Part shown: positions 32,673-41,979 of the stretch, piece after piece
Layout of the letters: each line of letters opens with the position of its first letter
How positions within the stretch are numbered: the first letter of the stretch is position 1
Assembly: GCA_963722385.1 (NCBI GenBank)
Contig: CAVRKK010000002.1
Coordinates: forward strand, 512,001 to 576,000
From: an uncultured bacterium
GTDB taxonomy: Bacteria; Babelota; Babeliae; Babelales; Babelaceae
Direction of reading: 5' to 3'
Length of the DNA stretch: 64,000 nt
The notes under the pieces: generated by a model
Database searches by the model: none
What the model was told of the DNA's origin: nothing
The model's input: the letters and a program-made list of their open reading frames with translations, nothing else
Program-made: the position numbers and the translations under genes

Positions 32673-33227
32673 AAAGCACGGCCGGCTTAAAAGCCGGCGC
32701 TTTCTGCTTCGAGATTGAGGCTCTATTGATTTTTAATGTATTCTCTGATTTTGTCTTCGCTAACTTGACCCGATGTTTCAGCAAAATATCCATCTGCCCA
32801 AAAGCTTTTACCCCACAAAAATTCTTTTAATTCAGGGAATTCTTCTCGAATTACTCTGCTGCTACTACCTTTGAATAGCTGCACCATTTTGCTTACGCTT
32901 ATTTCAAGCCTCATTTGCACAAGTACGTGTACATGATCTTTTTGTATATTCAGCTCTTCTATTTTCCATCGATTTATATCCGCACATTCATGCAGTAGCT
33001 CTGCAATTCGCTCAGCTATTTTCCCTTGCAATATACGTCTTCTATATTTAGGAATCCATACCAGGTGATACATAAGCCTATGCGTCGTTTGTGAACCTTT
33101 CCAATACATACGCTTAGTATGCCATAACTTGTGATGGCGCTCCACTTCGAGCCAATGCCATCTCGTTCCGCGCCTTATGCGGTAGACCATTCATCCCCAG
33201 GTTTAAAACCCTGGGGTTTTCTGGTCT
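32673..33227 (-). mobile_element. IS200-type insertion sequence (tnpA only)
   Basis: tnpA flanked by subterminal hairpins GCCGGCTT-AA-AAGCCGGC (32681-32698) and CCCCAGG...CCTGGGG (33195-33216); ends approximate. Confidence 0.85.
32723..33109 (-). CDS. tnpA: IS200/IS605 family Y1 transposase
   Basis: YHLVWIPKYRRRIL, DHVHVLV (HUH), FWADGYF, IREYIKNQ (catalytic Tyr). Confidence 0.95.
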   Translation of the reverse strand: MYWKGSQTTHRLMYHLVWIPKYRRRILQGKIAERIAELLHECADINRWKIEELNIQKDHVHVLVQMRLEISVSKMVQLFKGSSSRVIREEFPELKEFLWGKSFWADGYFAETSGQVSEDKIREYIKNQ

Positions 33228-33449
33228 CTTGAATAACACTATTACGTACCCGTGAAGATCTGTTAGCACACTTTCCATCGTTAATCCTGATGGCAAACTG
33301 CCGGGCTTAGTTATTTCTATATAATAATCAAAAATTGCGATCATTATCGACGAATCCCTTCGGAGCATGAACTCTTGATTTCATTTATTTGCTTATTTGT
33401 ATTTTAATATAAGTAATGTTCTGCATGCAAAGCCCGTGTGCTAAAGCAG

Positions 33450-33479
33450 TTCCCGCGCAATCATACAATTGCGCGGGAA
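33450..33479. terminator. hairpin downstream of the ankyrin gene
   Basis: TTCCCGCGCAAT / ATTGCGCGGGAA 12-bp stem. Confidence 0.6.
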
Positions 33480-33516
33480 GCAATAAGAAATATATCGAAG
33501 CCTGGCGAGAGAGCAG

Positions 33517-35877
33517 CTATTTTGTCTTTGAGTGCTGGATGGTACCAAACAAGAGCGTTACCAATCCTGGGATAAGGCCCGATGGCAAGCTAGCAATAAG
33601 TCTACTTATAGCAGCAGATCCAGCAGGTGATAGATGCTGCTCAGGTTCCCTTGAAGGTTCTACAAGAGCTTTATCGAGCTGCTCAAGAAGAGATTTCCGA
33701 TCACTTGCTTCTATTTGGGTTGATTGTCTAATTGTTTCACGTATATCCTGGATCACAGGCTCAATGACTGATCGCGGCAAGGCCCTCAAAAGCAGTGATA
33801 CGATGTTTTTCCTTCCACGAGCTATTGCACGGTCAAGTGCTCGTAGGCCTGCTTGATACCAGTTATCTGCACCTTCGTTAATTGCTTGACCTGCAAATCT
33901 CACAATCGCTTCAGCAGCAACGTAATTACCAGTGCTCGCCGCCACCAAGAGAGCTCGTTGGAGCCCTTGAGGCGTAAGAAACCGCCCAAGGGTTTTTATA
34001 AAGTATTTAAACATCGTATTCTGAGCTACCGCCATTAAAAATAGTTCATTATAAAGATGTTTATTGACCCTGTGATTCACAACCCATTCGTCAACACGCT
34101 TCGTTGCTTCTTCAAGGTCCCCAAATTCCCCAGTATTAGCGAGTATAATTATTGCCTGTACCGAATCTTTCCCAAAGGCATTTTGTACCTGCTCGATCGT
34201 TCTACTACTTTCAAGATTTGCTTGGGTAAGCGTTATGCCATGCTCAAAAAGCCAACGGAGAAGATCACGATCCTGTCGTGAGACAGCTGCTATGACGGAG
34301 TACCCTTCAGAATTATAATGGTTTAAATCAGCCCCATGCGCTTCAAGCCATTCTAACGCAGGTAGAATGTCAGCTTTTGGACGGCGTCGAGCAAAATCTA
34401 CAAAAGCCCATACCACGTTACCATCCGGAAGCCATGGAGACCATCCGCGAGTCTGGCCTGGCAGCGTTGACTGGTTCGTTCCTGGCGGCATGGTAGCATT
34501 GATATCAGCACCATGTTCTACCAGGAGCTCTACAGCTTCTATATTACCATAGAGCCCAGCTACCGTGATAGCTGGCTCAACATTGCTCGAGGGAGCATTA
34601 GGCTCGACTCCAGCTTCCAGCAGTGCCTTAACTTTTTTATTATCTCCCAGCCTGATAGCCTCATCAAGTTCATCGTAAAGCTCTGTGCTTTTTTCATGCT
34701 TTTTCGGCTGTTTTGTGGAGGTTTCCTTTTCCTTTTCTTTTTCTTTTTCTTTTTCTTTTTCTGGCTCTTTCTCATGCTCTTTCTCTTTGCCTTTCCCTTC
34801 CTTTTCTTTGCCCTTAACTGGCACTTCTTGCCTTTCTTCACGGCGCTTTACTTCCTCAACATCAATGTCGAGGCCAAGCTCAGTATTGTACTCGGTTAAA
34901 AACTCAATAGCTTGCTTTTGGCCTTGCCCGTAGGCATATGCTAATGCGTCACGAAATGCTGCTACCCAAGCAGGGCTGATGCGCACTGCCGTAATCTGTT
35001 CACTTCTTTGCACATACCGAATGATCATCTTTAACTCATGAACGTCCCCAATAAGTGCAGCTCTCACAAAAGCTGTACGGAACGTTTGGGGTAGAATAGC
35101 ATTGAGCAAATGTGGGGTCTCAAAAAGATCTACCAAAACAGGACTTCCTTGCACAGCTGCCAATATAAAGGCATCATTGAGCTCGCGACTATCAGTGTCA
35201 GACAACTGACCCTTTTTTGCCTTTTTCTTCATGCCGGCAATAAGGTCGCCAACATCATGCCTCAACACAATTGCCTGAAGCAAGGGGTGATTTCGATAAA
35301 GCCTCTCTACATACTCAACAATCTCTTTGTCAGCTAAATCATTAGCTGTCAGCTGTAGTCCATGCTCTAAGAACCAGCGTAATTGATGCTCTATTTTCTC
35401 AAACCTCTTCGTAGTAAGCCCATAACTATAAATAAGGCAGCGAGCACCTGATATACCTGGACCTATGTTAAGATAAGCTCCATGCTGAAGAAACCATTCA
35501 AACGCGTCTGTATCAAAATTACCTCGAGCATACTCATAGAAAGGGGTCACGCCGGGCTGTAAATACTCCTCTGCAAACCAAAACGCCTTTGTGTTCGCAC
35601 TGTTTATGTTGGCACCAGCATTAACCAACAGCTTAATTACATCAAGCTGATGCCACACAGCGGCACGCAAGATAACCGGTATTCCTTTATCATTAACAAA
35701 GTTCGGGTCACCGCCATCCTTAAGTGCTCGTTGAACCGCTTCAACGCCCTTCTGCACACTTGCAAACAAAGCATTATTAACAGCCTCACGCTCCGACTCT
35801 TCACCTTCCATAGCATAGATGCCATAGCCCATTCCCATCAAAAAAACAGCTAAAAATGCAAAATTTATTAACTTCAT
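33517..35877 (-). CDS. secreted ankyrin-repeat protein, two modules joined by a KE-rich linker
   Basis: signal peptide ending 'YAME'; GANIN/GADIN ankyrin motifs; KEKEKE tract at ~34690-34820. Confidence 0.85.
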   Translation of the reverse strand: MKLINFAFLAVFLMGMGYGIYAMEGEESEREAVNNALFASVQKGVEAVQRALKDGGDPNFVNDKGIPVILRAAVWHQLDVIKLLVNAGANINSANTKAFWFAEEYLQPGVTPFYEYARGNFDTDAFEWFLQHGAYLNIGPGISGARCLIYSYGLTTKRFEKIEHQLRWFLEHGLQLTANDLADKEIVEYVERLYRNHPLLQAIVLRHDVGDLIAGMKKKAKKGQLSDTDSRELNDAFILAAVQGSPVLVDLFETPHLLNAILPQTFRTAFVRAALIGDVHELKMIIRYVQRSEQITAVRISPAWVAAFRDALAYAYGQGQKQAIEFLTEYNTELGLDIDVEEVKRREERQEVPVKGKEKEGKGKEKEHEKEPEKEKEKEKEKEKETSTKQPKKHEKSTELYDELDEAIRLGDNKKVKALLEAGVEPNAPSSNVEPAITVAGLYGNIEAVELLVEHGADINATMPPGTNQSTLPGQTRGWSPWLPDGNVVWAFVDFARRRPKADILPALEWLEAHGADLNHYNSEGYSVIAAVSRQDRDLLRWLFEHGITLTQANLESSRTIEQVQNAFGKDSVQAIIILANTGEFGDLEEATKRVDEWVVNHRVNKHLYNELFLMAVAQNTMFKYFIKTLGRFLTPQGLQRALLVAASTGNYVAAEAIVRFAGQAINEGADNWYQAGLRALDRAIARGRKNIVSLLLRALPRSVIEPVIQDIRETIRQSTQIEASDRKSLLEQLDKALVEPSREPEQHLSPAGSAAISRLIASLPSGLIPGLVTLLFGTIQHSKTK

Positions 35878-36196
35878 TATAAGCTCCCATATAAATATAG
35901 ACCATATTTTATTATTAATAGTAATGAAATATGAAGCCGAATGTCAATATTTAATAGCGCTCGCTGTAAATACCGACAAATTCAAGCGGCTTAAAGTTTA
36001 ACAAGAGCATTTATGCTTTGCTTTTTGTAGCTAGAACTCAAACTCAACTATCATCGCGATCAGGGTAGACTTCAATACTTTGAACTTCAGCCTCACCCCG
36101 CTCAAGATGGTGCCTATTTTTTGGTTAATCTTAGCCAAAAGATCAGATAAAGAATATTTTTGGTTCAGAGGTAATTTTTAGTAGGAGAATTCTTGC

Positions 36197-36610
36197 TTAT
36201 TCTTGATTAAACTCGGTTCGCCAATTTTCTAACTTGATAAGATCGCTCAGTCGCGAGAACTCACGCATATTTGAGGTAACGACACAAAGCCCATGTGCTA
36301 AAGCAGTTCCTGCAATCATACAATCGTAGGCCCCAATCATTTGGTTTTTGAGATGAACTCTTAGAAACCCCGTACAAACGGCCTCATCATTATCGAAAGG
36401 TAAAATATAAATCTCATCAAGAAAGGCTTGCCAGAGTATACGAATCCTTTCTTCACGTGCAGCATTGAGCTTTAGGCCATACTCGATTTCCATAATGGTA
36501 ATTGAGGATATAGACAGATCTGCTGGTGGAACTCGCTTAAAATGGTCAAGCGTTGTGGGATGCTTTTTAAAGAGATCTGATATCGTACACGTATCAAGAA
36601 GATATTTCAT
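36197..36610 (-). CDS. vapC: VapC PIN-domain toxin
   Basis: MKYLLDTC, SSITIMEIEYG, GAYDCMIAGTAL, VTSNMREFSR, ENW. Confidence 0.93.
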   Translation of the reverse strand: MKYLLDTCTISDLFKKHPTTLDHFKRVPPADLSISSITIMEIEYGLKLNAAREERIRILWQAFLDEIYILPFDNDEAVCTGFLRVHLKNQMIGAYDCMIAGTALAHGLCVVTSNMREFSRLSDLIKLENWRTEFNQE

Positions 36611-36843
36611 GCGAGCGGATCTTTTTTAGGCATTTTTAGCCCTTTTCTTAATTCTTTTGAACTAGGAAAATCAGAAAGAGCCTCAAACTCAAAAAAGCAT
36701 TTTGGCCATTCTGACTTACTTTGTTTTTTGACCCAATTCTCAAGAGCCTCATTAATGACCGAATTTCTCGTTCGCTTGAGCGTCCTTGAGAGCTCAGTAA
36801 TTTTTTTCGCAAGTTCTTTATTTACATAAATTGAGAGATTCAT
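36607..36843 (-). CDS. ribbon-helix-helix antitoxin (VapB-like)
   Basis: 78 aa, 'LSIYV...TRNSVINEAL'; stop overlaps the vapC start (ATGA). Confidence 0.8.
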   Translation of the reverse strand: MNLSIYVNKELAKKITELSRTLKRTRNSVINEALENWVKKQSKSEWPKCFFEFEALSDFPSSKELRKGLKMPKKDPLA

Positions 36844-36876
36844 TAGTTGCCTTTACTTATACTGTTTCCGATTAGT

Positions 36877-36906
36877 ATTATATCATAACATGTTATAATA
36901 TATCAA
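36877..36906 (-). promoter_or_regulatory. sigma70-like promoter of vapBC with palindromic operator
   Basis: minus strand TTGATA-18 nt-TATAAT with TGn extension; palindrome ATAACATGTTAT (36885-36896) lies in the spacer, as expected for antitoxin autorepression. Confidence 0.7.
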
Positions 36907-36932
36907 GAAATCTCACGGCCCATTATTTTGCT

Positions 36933-36969
36933 GCCATACTATTGAGCAAGAACTGCCCAATAGTATGGC
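36933..36969. terminator. hairpin upstream of vapBC
   Basis: GCCATACTATTG / CAATAGTATGGC stem. Confidence 0.55.
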
Positions 36970-36999
36970 TAGATTAACAACCTTAATTTTAAAATAACT

Positions 37000-37233
37000 T
37001 CAGCAAAGATGTGCGGCTCTTTCCCCTTTTTGCGGACGGCATTCCAGCCATACTATATCGCCACGATCAGCGCTTACTTTTGTACCATCGCAATCCCCAA
37101 AATTACCAAGCACAACTCTATCGACTCTTTGGGAAATAATCGCCGCCGTATTAATATCAAGCTTATCCCGCCACTTTATATAGGGCACTCTTCCTGTGCG
37201 TGTCTTGTAAATTCTAATCTTTACCCGCTTCAT
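37000..37233 (-). pseudogene. chimeric remnant: HigB/RelE-like toxin N-terminus joined to MazF N-terminus
   Basis: 'IYKTRTGRVPYIKWRDKL...RVDRVVLGNFGDC' then 'DRGDIVWLECRPQKG'. Confidence 0.7.
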
Positions 37234-37337
37234 AAATACAACAGTAGCTCAAAAGCCACTAATAGTCAGCAAAATTACGGCGTCACCTACCAAAAGATAA
37301 AAGATGATCTTGTCGCTTCACTCGCTTAACCTAACCT

Positions 37338-37790
37338 CTAGGCTTGCACTTTGCATTTACAATAATAGCCACCCAACCGGTGATGTTCCCAATCACCATG
37401 ATAACGCTCCTTATGCGCTGCGCATATTTTTGGACATTCATGGGCCAAATCTTCTGATGACTTAAGCGTACCAGCCGAACGAGCCGTCTCGTTGTGTTGC
37501 TTTTTTTTGCTTCTTTTTAAGCTAAATAACGTCTTTTCCGGGACTTTGCATTCACAGTGCGCGCTACCGAACCCTGATGTCTTCCACTGGGTAGTCCAAT
37601 ACTCGTTATGCTTGCCGCATACCTTGTTACAAGCATTGTTGAGCTCAATATTATCTGCCGCAAAGCCCGCTGAGCGTCTTGTTACGGTTCCGGGTGCCTC
37701 TGACAAATGGCGACCATAAGTAAACTGCCAAGCATAAGCTGAACCACTAATCATAAGCATTGTTAAAAATAAGCGAGCGATAATCTTCAT
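37338..37790 (-). CDS. secreted Cys-rich protein with two mannan-binding lectin (MVL)-like repeats
   Basis: signal peptide AYA-W; repeats AG...CNKVC...WTTQWKT...CEC and AG...CPKIC...YHGDW...CKC. Confidence 0.65.
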   Translation of the reverse strand: MKIIARLFLTMLMISGSAYAWQFTYGRHLSEAPGTVTRRSAGFAADNIELNNACNKVCGKHNEYWTTQWKTSGFGSAHCECKVPEKTLFSLKRSKKKQHNETARSAGTLKSSEDLAHECPKICAAHKERYHGDWEHHRLGGYYCKCKVQA

Positions 37791-37801
37791 TACTTCCTCC
37801 A

Positions 37802-38083
37802 TTACTTAAACATATCATCTTTACATTCACATAAACAATTTAACACTTCATAGTAAACAGCGTTCTGCGCAGCAATTAAGGGCTTCTCGTTACATACATA
37901 ATGCTGCTCTCGCCAACCGCCCCACTTACGACATGCCGCAGTACACTGCCGCATTGCTTCTGCTTGCCTTTCTTCCGGCGTATTGCCAACAATGGGCCTA
38001 TAACTCTGATGCAATAAAGCGTCAGCGCTTCCCATCATGATCAGGCAGGTAAATAGTGTGGTTGTAAGAGAATTTTTCAACAT
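37802..38083 (-). CDS. small secreted Cys-rich protein
   Basis: signal peptide; CTAAC...C...CLCEC. Confidence 0.65.
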   Translation of the reverse strand: MLKNSLTTTLFTCLIMMGSADALLHQSYRPIVGNTPEERQAEAMRQCTAACRKWGGWREQHYVCNEKPLIAAQNAVYYEVLNCLCECKDDMFK

Positions 38084-38224
38084 TAATTATATCCTCGCCA
38101 AAATCACAATTTTCTCTAATTAATATAAAAATAGCAATTTTTTTATAAAAAAAGCAAGAACTCTCATAAAACAAGAGATTTAATTAAATAAGTTAAGCTC
38201 AATAAAAGATTTTTTGTGGCAGCC

Positions 38225-38428
38225 TTACTGCGTGACGACGCACATATTCTGGCGCAAGCGTTCTAAGTGGCGCTGGAGATCCTCACCAAGCTGCTGTATT
38301 ATTTCTGCACATGCGGCATCGCCAGCAACTTTAGCATCATTAAGCGCATGTCGCTCAATAAACCACACAAGAGAGCTCACCTCATGAAGCAACTTAATTT
38401 TATTATACGTACAATTATCGAGCATCAT
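38225..38428 (-). CDS. small helical hypothetical protein downstream of ftsZ
   Basis: 67-aa ORF with GGAG RBS, co-oriented with ftsZ. Confidence 0.65.
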   Translation of the reverse strand: MMLDNCTYNKIKLLHEVSSLVWFIERHALNDAKVAGDAACAEIIQQLGEDLQRHLERLRQNMCVVTQ

Positions 38429-38459
38429 AATCCATTCTCCATCTTTTCACTAAAACTGA

Positions 38460-39635
38460 TTACTTTTGCGGTATCTCTTTTTCCTGAGCACGGCGCAGGA
38501 AAGCTGGTATTTCTAAATCATGGCCGCTGGCTTCAGGAGCCATCTCATATAACGGCCGAGCTCGTGTGCGCTCTTGGCCTTGGTCGTTACTTGCCTTATT
38601 ATCAGCGGTATCAAGCGAATGCGCGGGGCGTAAGGTATTCATCTGAGCGCTCGCTTGCCCTGATGCCGGTTGCTCAATACCCGTGGCTATAATCGTTACA
38701 CACACATCTTCGCCCATAGCCTCATCAATAACAGAACCCATAATGATATTGGCTTCCTTAGCAGCCTCGTAGACAAGGGATGCAGCGTTTTCAACCTCGT
38801 AGAGCCCAAGGTTTGAACTCGCCGTTATATTCATCAGTACCGCACGGGCGCCCTGAATGCTCGTGTTTTCAAGCAACGGCGAAGACAGCGCCTGAATTGC
38901 GGCTTTTTGCGCACGATCAGGCCCCGAGGCACATCCCGTCCCCATAACCGCCAAGCCCATATGGCGCATTATGGTACATATATCCGCAAAGTCGACATTG
39001 ATATGCCCGGCGCTTGAGATAATATCAGCGATGCTCTTAACAAATTGATGTATGACATTGTTAATCATACCAAAGGCATCAATAAGAGAAATTTTATGGT
39101 CAGTAATATCAAGCAACCGTTGATTGGGTATAACGATAAGTGTGTCGACTTCCTTTTTAAGACGATCAAGAGCTTGGGTTGCTACTCCCATTCTCCTTTT
39201 GCCTTCAAACTCAAAAGGCTTAGTAACAACAGCAACGCACAAAATCCCGCGCTCACGTACCGTTCGAGCAATAACCGGTAATGCACCTGAGCCGGTGCCG
39301 CCACCCAATCCAGCGGTAAGAAAAACGATATCCGAGCCCTTTAAAGAATCAGCTATCTTATCTATGTCCTCTTCTGCCGCGACCTTGCCAACTTCAGGAT
39401 TAGCACCTGCTCCTCTCCCGCGTGTCGAATTTGATCCAATTTGAAGCCTCAGCGGAGACTTGGACATCTTAAGCGCTTGTGCATCCGTATTTACCGCCAC
39501 AAACTCGACGTTTTCGTACTGCGCCGCAATCATATGGTTAACCGTGTTTCCTCCTGCTCCACCAACGCCAATAACTTTAATGCGCGCAACCATGTTTTGA
39601 TTGGTTACGTACTCGCGCTCCAAATCTATAGCCAT
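38460..39635 (-). CDS. ftsZ: cell division protein FtsZ
   Basis: GVGGAGGN, NTDAQAL, GGGTGSG, NVDFAD, C-terminal LEIPAFLRR. Confidence 0.98.
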   Translation of the reverse strand: MAIDLEREYVTNQNMVARIKVIGVGGAGGNTVNHMIAAQYENVEFVAVNTDAQALKMSKSPLRLQIGSNSTRGRGAGANPEVGKVAAEEDIDKIADSLKGSDIVFLTAGLGGGTGSGALPVIARTVRERGILCVAVVTKPFEFEGKRRMGVATQALDRLKKEVDTLIVIPNQRLLDITDHKISLIDAFGMINNVIHQFVKSIADIISSAGHINVDFADICTIMRHMGLAVMGTGCASGPDRAQKAAIQALSSPLLENTSIQGARAVLMNITASSNLGLYEVENAASLVYEAAKEANIIMGSVIDEAMGEDVCVTIIATGIEQPASGQASAQMNTLRPAHSLDTADNKASNDQGQERTRARPLYEMAPEASGHDLEIPAFLRRAQEKEIPQK

Positions 39636-39669
39636 TGATACCCCTTTTCGCCTTGAAACATTACGCTCT

Positions 39670-40905
39670 TCATAAAAAGTCCAAAATCCACGATTTCATA
39701 CGAGTAAAAACTCTCGCGACCAAGGGGCCATTGAGATGAGCAAGCACCTGATTATTATGCTTTTTGAGCGCGTAAAGAAGTAAGCCATAACCGGTCGCGT
39801 ACAACGGGCTTTCAAGAACTTCTTTAAACCCAAAATCAACATGGGGCTTGCCTATACGTACAGGAAGACGCAATACCGCTTCTGCCACCTCTTGGATTCC
39901 CGCGAGCAAGGCCCCGCCGCCGGTGATCACCAGGCCTGCTGATGCCTGCAATCGGTTTGCCATAATCTCTTGATACACTATCTCAAATAATTCTTGGGCA
40001 CGTGGCTCAATAATGGCTGCCAATTCCGACCGCGCGATAGACCGCTTGTGACCGCCATAGATCATTTCAATCTCAAGCTTTTCCTGAAGTGGTACGCTTT
40101 TGGCATAAGCGCAGCCAAATGCTTCTTTGATCCTTTCCGCTTCTTTGAGCGGTGTACGAAGACACACGGCAATATCTTGCGTAAAAAGGTCCCCTGCAAG
40201 CGGAATAACCTTCGTATGACGAACGGTACCATGGCGATAAAAGGCGAAATCGGACGTGCCGCCGCCAATATCAACCATAAAAGCACCCAATTCTTTTTCA
40301 TCATCAGTTAACGTTGCATCGGCAGAGGCCAGGGGCTCAAGAACGATATCACGTATCTTAAGTCCCGCCATCTGGCAACAACGCACCAAATTTTGTACGG
40401 AGGCAAGCGCACCCGTTATGATATGAACCTGGGCCTCAAGACGCACACCGTACATACCAAGCGGGTCACGAACTTCATGCTGGCCGTCAATGGTATAAAA
40501 CTGCGGCAATACATGCAAAATATGCTGACCCTCATTGAGCGGAATCGCCTTGGCTGCGGTAATAACATGAGCAATATCAGCAGCTCTGATTTCGCCATGC
40601 TTGATAGCAACAACACCCTGGGAATTGCGGGCCTGAATGTGACTTCCTGATATGCCAATATATGCTGATTCTATTTTGATTCCGCTCATCAACTCGGCTT
40701 CTTTGACCGCAGCTTTAATGGAAGCAACAGCGGGAGCGATATCTACCACAACACCTCGCGCCAATCCATGAGATGGAGACTTGCCGATCCCAATAATTTC
40801 TAAGTGGCCTTGGCTAACTTGTTGAGCAACCAAAACACAAATCTTTGTTGTCCCGATATCTACGCCAACAATAATCGTATCAGGTATGCTACTTGTCCTT
40901 TTCAT
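39670..40905 (-). CDS. ftsA: cell division protein FtsA
   Basis: DIGTTKI, DIGGGTSD, EAERIK, ITGGGALL, YATGYGLL, C-terminal amphipathic KSWILDFL; ATG at 40905. Confidence 0.96.
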   Translation of the reverse strand: MKRTSSIPDTIIVGVDIGTTKICVLVAQQVSQGHLEIIGIGKSPSHGLARGVVVDIAPAVASIKAAVKEAELMSGIKIESAYIGISGSHIQARNSQGVVAIKHGEIRAADIAHVITAAKAIPLNEGQHILHVLPQFYTIDGQHEVRDPLGMYGVRLEAQVHIITGALASVQNLVRCCQMAGLKIRDIVLEPLASADATLTDDEKELGAFMVDIGGGTSDFAFYRHGTVRHTKVIPLAGDLFTQDIAVCLRTPLKEAERIKEAFGCAYAKSVPLQEKLEIEMIYGGHKRSIARSELAAIIEPRAQELFEIVYQEIMANRLQASAGLVITGGGALLAGIQEVAEAVLRLPVRIGKPHVDFGFKEVLESPLYATGYGLLLYALKKHNNQVLAHLNGPLVARVFTRMKSWILDFL

Positions 40906-41660
40906 AGCGCCGTCTTCCCCTTCTGCTGAGCAAGAATAAGCTGATTCTTGCAGCGTAAATCTATACACCAATTTGTTTGGCCCTGATTCGATAAGTTTTT
41001 AATGCTTTTTCTATAGATAATAAGCTTTTCTAGTCGCTTAATTGCATTCATTATCTGTTCATTAATAATCGTATCACGGTTAGTTTTGAGCGTAATGGTA
41101 GGCTGCTGCTTGTCGTGCAAGGTAACAAGTGTTTTGTCATGCCACGTACAGGTATATCGCTCATGCACAAAAGGGGGCAATGAGTTCATAAACGCAGCCA
41201 TCTCGGTTGGTTGTAGCTCGATACCCTCTCGCGGCGCCGTCTCAAGCCACAAGAGGTCATTGAGCAGATAATTTGCGTAATCTGAAGCCTGGGCAACGCT
41301 CCCGTCGCGAGTAATAACAAGGCTATTATTGAGCAGTACGGCAGGTTGCTCGGCCATCACCGAGATGTAAAGAGTGCCTTTACGCGCATAACGAACACGT
41401 ACACGGCTAATAAAGGGATAATAGCGGCCAATGAAGCTGCACAGCGTTGATGCCGTTATATTTTTTTGACGCTTAGGTAAAAAGTATTTTTTTATGAGCT
41501 CGAAAAGGCGATCCCTCATGCCACGAGAAATATGGCTATCTGTCATGATCACGATACGTGCTAATCTCTTATAACAGAACGCAAGCCAGCCCAATGCTAT
41601 ACCAGCACCAATTACCATGACAAAGGGAAAGATTCGCACCCAATAAAATGATATACGCAT
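40902..41660 (-). CDS. divergent FtsQ/DivIB-like protein
   Basis: N-terminal TM, POTRA-like 'YPFISRVRV', C-terminal IDLR; position directly upstream of ftsA. Confidence 0.65.
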   Translation of the reverse strand: MRISFYWVRIFPFVMVIGAGIALGWLAFCYKRLARIVIMTDSHISRGMRDRLFELIKKYFLPKRQKNITASTLCSFIGRYYPFISRVRVRYARKGTLYISVMAEQPAVLLNNSLVITRDGSVAQASDYANYLLNDLLWLETAPREGIELQPTEMAAFMNSLPPFVHERYTCTWHDKTLVTLHDKQQPTITLKTNRDTIINEQIMNAIKRLEKLIIYRKSIKNLSNQGQTNWCIDLRCKNQLILAQQKGKTAL

Positions 41661-41979
41661 ACGTCAGTTCCTTAACCCTTGATCGCTCGTTGCTTGCTAT
41701 GTTTTTATCTTTTTACAAGGGAATAAGTCAATAATTTTGCAAGATTACCTCATCAGGGCGCTTGGCACCCACCTCCCTATCGTTAAGTTTAAATTTTTTG
41801 AACTCAAAAATTTCCGTAAAAGGCTAGAGCAGCTGCTATTACCCTTTTTCTCAAAAAGTGTGCTCATTTTTTTCACCAAACTATTGCTTTTTTTAATTGA
41901 TTATTTGTATTATTAACTTGTAAATATCTATTTACGTGCGTTTATATTAAGCGCACTATTTTACACAAAGGAGGATTCC

